The notes under the pieces: model-generated | Told to the model about the DNA's origin: nothing | What the model saw: only the letters and a program-made list of their open reading frames with translations | Databases searched by the model: none | Part shown: in pieces, positions 60,201-64,000 of the stretch | Layout of the letters: every line of letters starts with the position of its first letter | Position numbering within the stretch: the first letter of the stretch is position 1 | Assembly: GCF_018350175.1 (NCBI RefSeq) | Contig: NC_058373.1 | Span: 112,098,001-112,162,000, forward strand | Direction: 5' to 3' | Length of the DNA stretch: 64,000 nucleotides | Source of the DNA: Felis catus | Taxonomy: Eukaryota | Program-made: the position numbers and the translations under genes

Positions 60201-62397
60201 GTTCTTGAATAAGTTATCTTTCAAAAACAACTAAGAAAAATTGTTAGGTTTGGAGCTGAGGGAATTAAGCCAAAGGTATAAACTTGAACGTTTATTGGAA
60301 GTAATTAAAGCTATGGCTTAGTTGAGATGGCCCAGAGAGACGACAGAATGGTTAGAAGGCTCAGGACTGTCAGGGAAAATTATCAAAACCTTGGTAATGG
60401 ACAACAGAGGTGACTGGGCTCTACACATTGTCTAGTGGACCCTCCAGGGATTATCTTATTTTGTGGAGCTGTGCATGTTTGATTGCCTTCCTATTGGCAG
60501 GCTATTTTACAACCCTTTTAAGGGTAGAAGTTAATTTGTAGAAAACTGATAGTAATGCAAATGATTGTTGTCCATAGCACTGTGACGAATTTTGTCCCAA
60601 TAGAGATACAATTGATTTTTACTCTGTAGAAGGATGACCCCAAGCATTATATTTTATTGTTCTATAGAATATTAACCATCTTGAATCCATTAGCAGATTC
60701 ATTTCAGCATTCCTGAATATATATGCATGTGTTCTTCAAATTCTCCTTTGACCTGATTTTAACACCTTAGTGGTTTCTTTATTAATTAATCATTACATAA
60801 AAGCTTTGATGTGTTCTCTTACATTTGTGTGAGAGTCCTGGATTTCACCTTTTTGAAAATGATGCTTTCGCAGGACCAAGCCCTTAAGGAAAGCCAACAG
60901 ATGGTGGAGGGGCATGACCTTGCAAAGGAGGGAAAGAAAACATAGCCAACGAAGCAAGGAAAGAAACAGGAGTGTCTGGGCACAAAAGTCAAGGTAAGAC
61001 AAGTGTTCTGAAAACAGGGAGTGAGCAACTAAATCCAAGGGGCATTTAATTAATTTTCATCTTACTTAACTACCCAGTTGCATTCAACCCCCAGCCCTCC
61101 TTACTGCCTCTCTGCACCACTAGTCCCTCCCACAGATGTGAAGCAACCTTTTCTAAACCACACAAAGCACAGGACGTCTTGTTACTCCCTTCTCCTGAGA
61201 CCAGAGACCTACTCGTCTGACATTTATATAACCAAGGGAGCCTACTCAAGCGTTCTTTGTAGAGCGAGGAACATTTACTTCAAGGTGATTTTCTGTTCCC
61301 AACTTGACTGAATCACATAGCACAAAAAAAAACAAAAAAAGAAAAAAAGAAAAAAAGAAAGAAAGAAAGAAAAGAAAAAGAAGGAAAAAAAAACAATTTA
61401 ATCTATCCTCGCACCTCTTTAAATAAAGTGTGTATACCTTACACATCCTTAAAGGTTGTCCCACCACACTAGCATCCTTGGAAGACAATCTGTTGGCAAA
61501 TTTGATCCCTCCCTTCATTTCAACCACAGACGGGAGCACTGAAAAGAATTATGTGGCTGTGTCTGAACACATATAAGTTGCCCAGCTGCTACTTCTTACA
61601 TGACCTTGGGATCTCAGTAAGCCCCAATTTCCCTGTCTTTTTCCCTGCTCTGACTTCCAGATAGATTTCATTTACCACAGCAACAATCTTCCCTATCATT
61701 TTCCAATTCCAACAACCTGTAAAAGGCAGGAGCAAGATGTAGAAAAATCATTGAAACCCAACCAATAGTTTTTAAAAAGCAACCAGCACTGTGTCCCACA
61801 CTCCCCCCCACCCATGTTCTCTAACCTTAAAAAAGCAAAAGCCACAAGGAGCAGCTTGAAGATGGTCTCATTTTTCTCATCCCCATTTGTCCATGTTGCA
61901 GGAAAATCCCCCAACTGCCAGCAGGCATCGTTACTTTTCATTTGTTAAGCACCCAATGGATGGATCAGCCTTTAGTATTGGGTGCCCTACTGCACCACCT
62001 GCTATGATCTTTCCAGGTGTGCCCGCAAATGACACATAGCTAACAAGCCTGAAGATTTTCCTGCTCATCTGAAGGGCACTTTAAGAAATTACCCAAGTGT
62101 CTAGAATTAGAGGTGGCTGCAGTCACTGGCATCCCAGATGGTACCACTTTTCAGCATTACAGATTCTAAAGGAGGGGGAACCTGACAGCACAGTAGATCT
62201 CCCCCTCCAACGTCTACCTTCTCACTTGCTTCCCAAAGGTAAGATGTCAAAGTTGCCCTAGTGGTCATTTTCAAACTTTAGATTTCTTGGTACCTATTCA
62301 TATGGCACTTATGAGTGCAAGCCAGTGATACCTCTGGTAAACTTCAACAGTTCCCATTCTTGAACTGTACCAAATGTTGGGTAATTCTACTGAGTAG

Positions 62398-62411
62398 CCA
62401 CTAGATGGCAG
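62398..62411 (+). promoter_or_regulatory. CTCF core motif
   Basis: CCACTAGATGGCAG matches CCASYAGRKGGCRS; binding is not shown by sequence. Confidence 0.5.
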
Positions 62412-64000
62412 GCTTCAACCTCCTAAAGGCTCTCCAACATTTCCAGTCTTTGCTGCCTGCAGGGTTCGGGGGACACTGGAATGACAAGCTGTGGGCAGAG
62501 GCGTCTTGTCTCTTCCATTTATTAATATTCCTAAGCACAGCTTGAGAAGCTCTCACTTCAATTTAGAGAGCTGATTTGTTTGGGCATTCATTTGGTTTAA
62601 GAAGAATAATTCACTAATCATGTGTCAGGTGACATGCTTTTACATTTTAGCTCCTGTCTTTATAGAAAAAATGTCTACCTGGAAGATTCATGACAAGAGG
62701 ATGTGCATATGTGAAGAATATTCACCTGCATGTTAACAGAGCACCAGGGGTTCCAGGGAATGAAGAATTTACCCACTGGCAAAATAAATGTAGATCTATA
62801 TTACTGGAACACACATACACAATCAGAATGAAAAATCATATTAGCAATAGCTTGCAAATACCGTTTCAAGTTCCAACCATAATTATAACGTTCACTATCA
62901 ACCCTACTTGTTCTTTCTGACTTTTACTGACTCAGTCACCTACTCAAAGATGAGAAAAGAAAGGTGCAAGAATCTGCATTTTAAGGTGTCAGTCACAGCT
63001 TCAAAAAGCAGAAAAGAGAAAATCTGTTCCAACTTGTTTGGAAAGAGAGAATTATGCACTTGTACCCATGGGGAATCTCCCAGTTGGGGAGAGGGCTGCT
63101 GGGGAGGGAAGGCAGGGAACAAATGAGGACAGGGATCCACACTGGGGACAGTGGTTATACAAACAGAAATAATCTAAGTTCTCTTGGAAAAAATGAGGAG
63201 GTAATTTAGTTGCAGCTGGATCAGGAAGATTTCAGAGCAATGAGAATCAGGTAAGGGCAGCAGAGACAGTTAATAGAGGACATTTTAGACTCACAATAAA
63301 GAAATAATTTCCTTAGGGCCTTAAAAATAACAATAGCTTCCAGAAGGTAGTTAGCATGCAGACTTGGAGATTACTTCTGCTCATCCTGTTCATAAAGACA
63401 CACACATGGGTCCATCCACAAGCACCAGTAATTAGATTCCACCACTCTCTGTCCCAAGCAGTCTTGCACAGTGACCATTAACCCTCTGCCTCAGAGGTGG
63501 GAGAAGTGATCTGAGAACACTGTCTGCACAGGCCAGGGCTCGTAATGACAGCAGCTGTTACCCTTCCTCTAAGCGTGTGTCTGCCTCTGGGAGGGCCAGT
63601 GCACTTGGCACATTAAAGAGCATTTATAAACAGTAGGTTAGAAGAGCTCAGGGGAAGAAGAAGAAGCATGTAATGAGTGATGGTTATTAATGACCATTAT
63701 TATCTTTGTCCTGACCTAAGAGCTATTCCTCCAAGAGTGTTTACTTAGCATGCAGGACTGGAACTGAGTCAAACATGAGGCGCCCTGAAACTCTGCTATT
63801 AATCTACCAATTTTTATACACAGAGGAGATTGCTTCATGAAGTGAAGTTCTCCTCTTAAAAAATAATACATATAAATGAAAATTTTAGAGCCCCCCATGT
63901 TCCACCAGAAGAGAAACGGATCGATTCTCTGTGTGGTGAGTCACGTAATAGGGGGCATTAGGGCAGGTTTAACATGAATAAGGTATTGATTTCCCCTTGT

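Noticed and set aside
1..64000. A previously undescribed biological system
   Set aside because: All coding-like signal is LINE-1, and the remaining structure is explained by known repeat classes, local duplications or candidate cis-regulatory DNA. Small exons or lncRNA exons cannot be excluded by eye.

Overview
Mammalian, repeat-rich non-coding DNA. The CAN-SINEs (SINEC_Fc-like) and carnivore-type L1s point to a cat or other feliform carnivore. I found no host protein-coding exon, RNA gene, CRISPR array or prokaryotic system. The only recognisable protein homology in the ORF track is LINE-1 ORF1/ORF2; the other ORFs look like chance, microsatellite or SINE frames. The main structure is a nested transposon stack of about 14 kb (34931-48905) that appears to split one ancient L2. 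It contains an old L1, a twin-primed 5'-inverted L1, a full-length but disabled L1 inserted into that element's 3'UTR, an MLT2 LTR split by a young 5'-truncated L1, and several SINEs; many junctions have readable target-site duplications (TSDs). Other points: templated-insertion scars and a 76-bp duplication inside the full-length L1, two short dispersed duplications of unexplained origin, two strong CTCF motifs, and repeat-free AT-rich islands rich in homeodomain motifs (best at about 51.9-53.0 kb) that look like conserved enhancers. I see no evidence of a previously undescribed biological system. Repeat subfamily names are assigned by eye and need RepeatMasker/Dfam confirmation.
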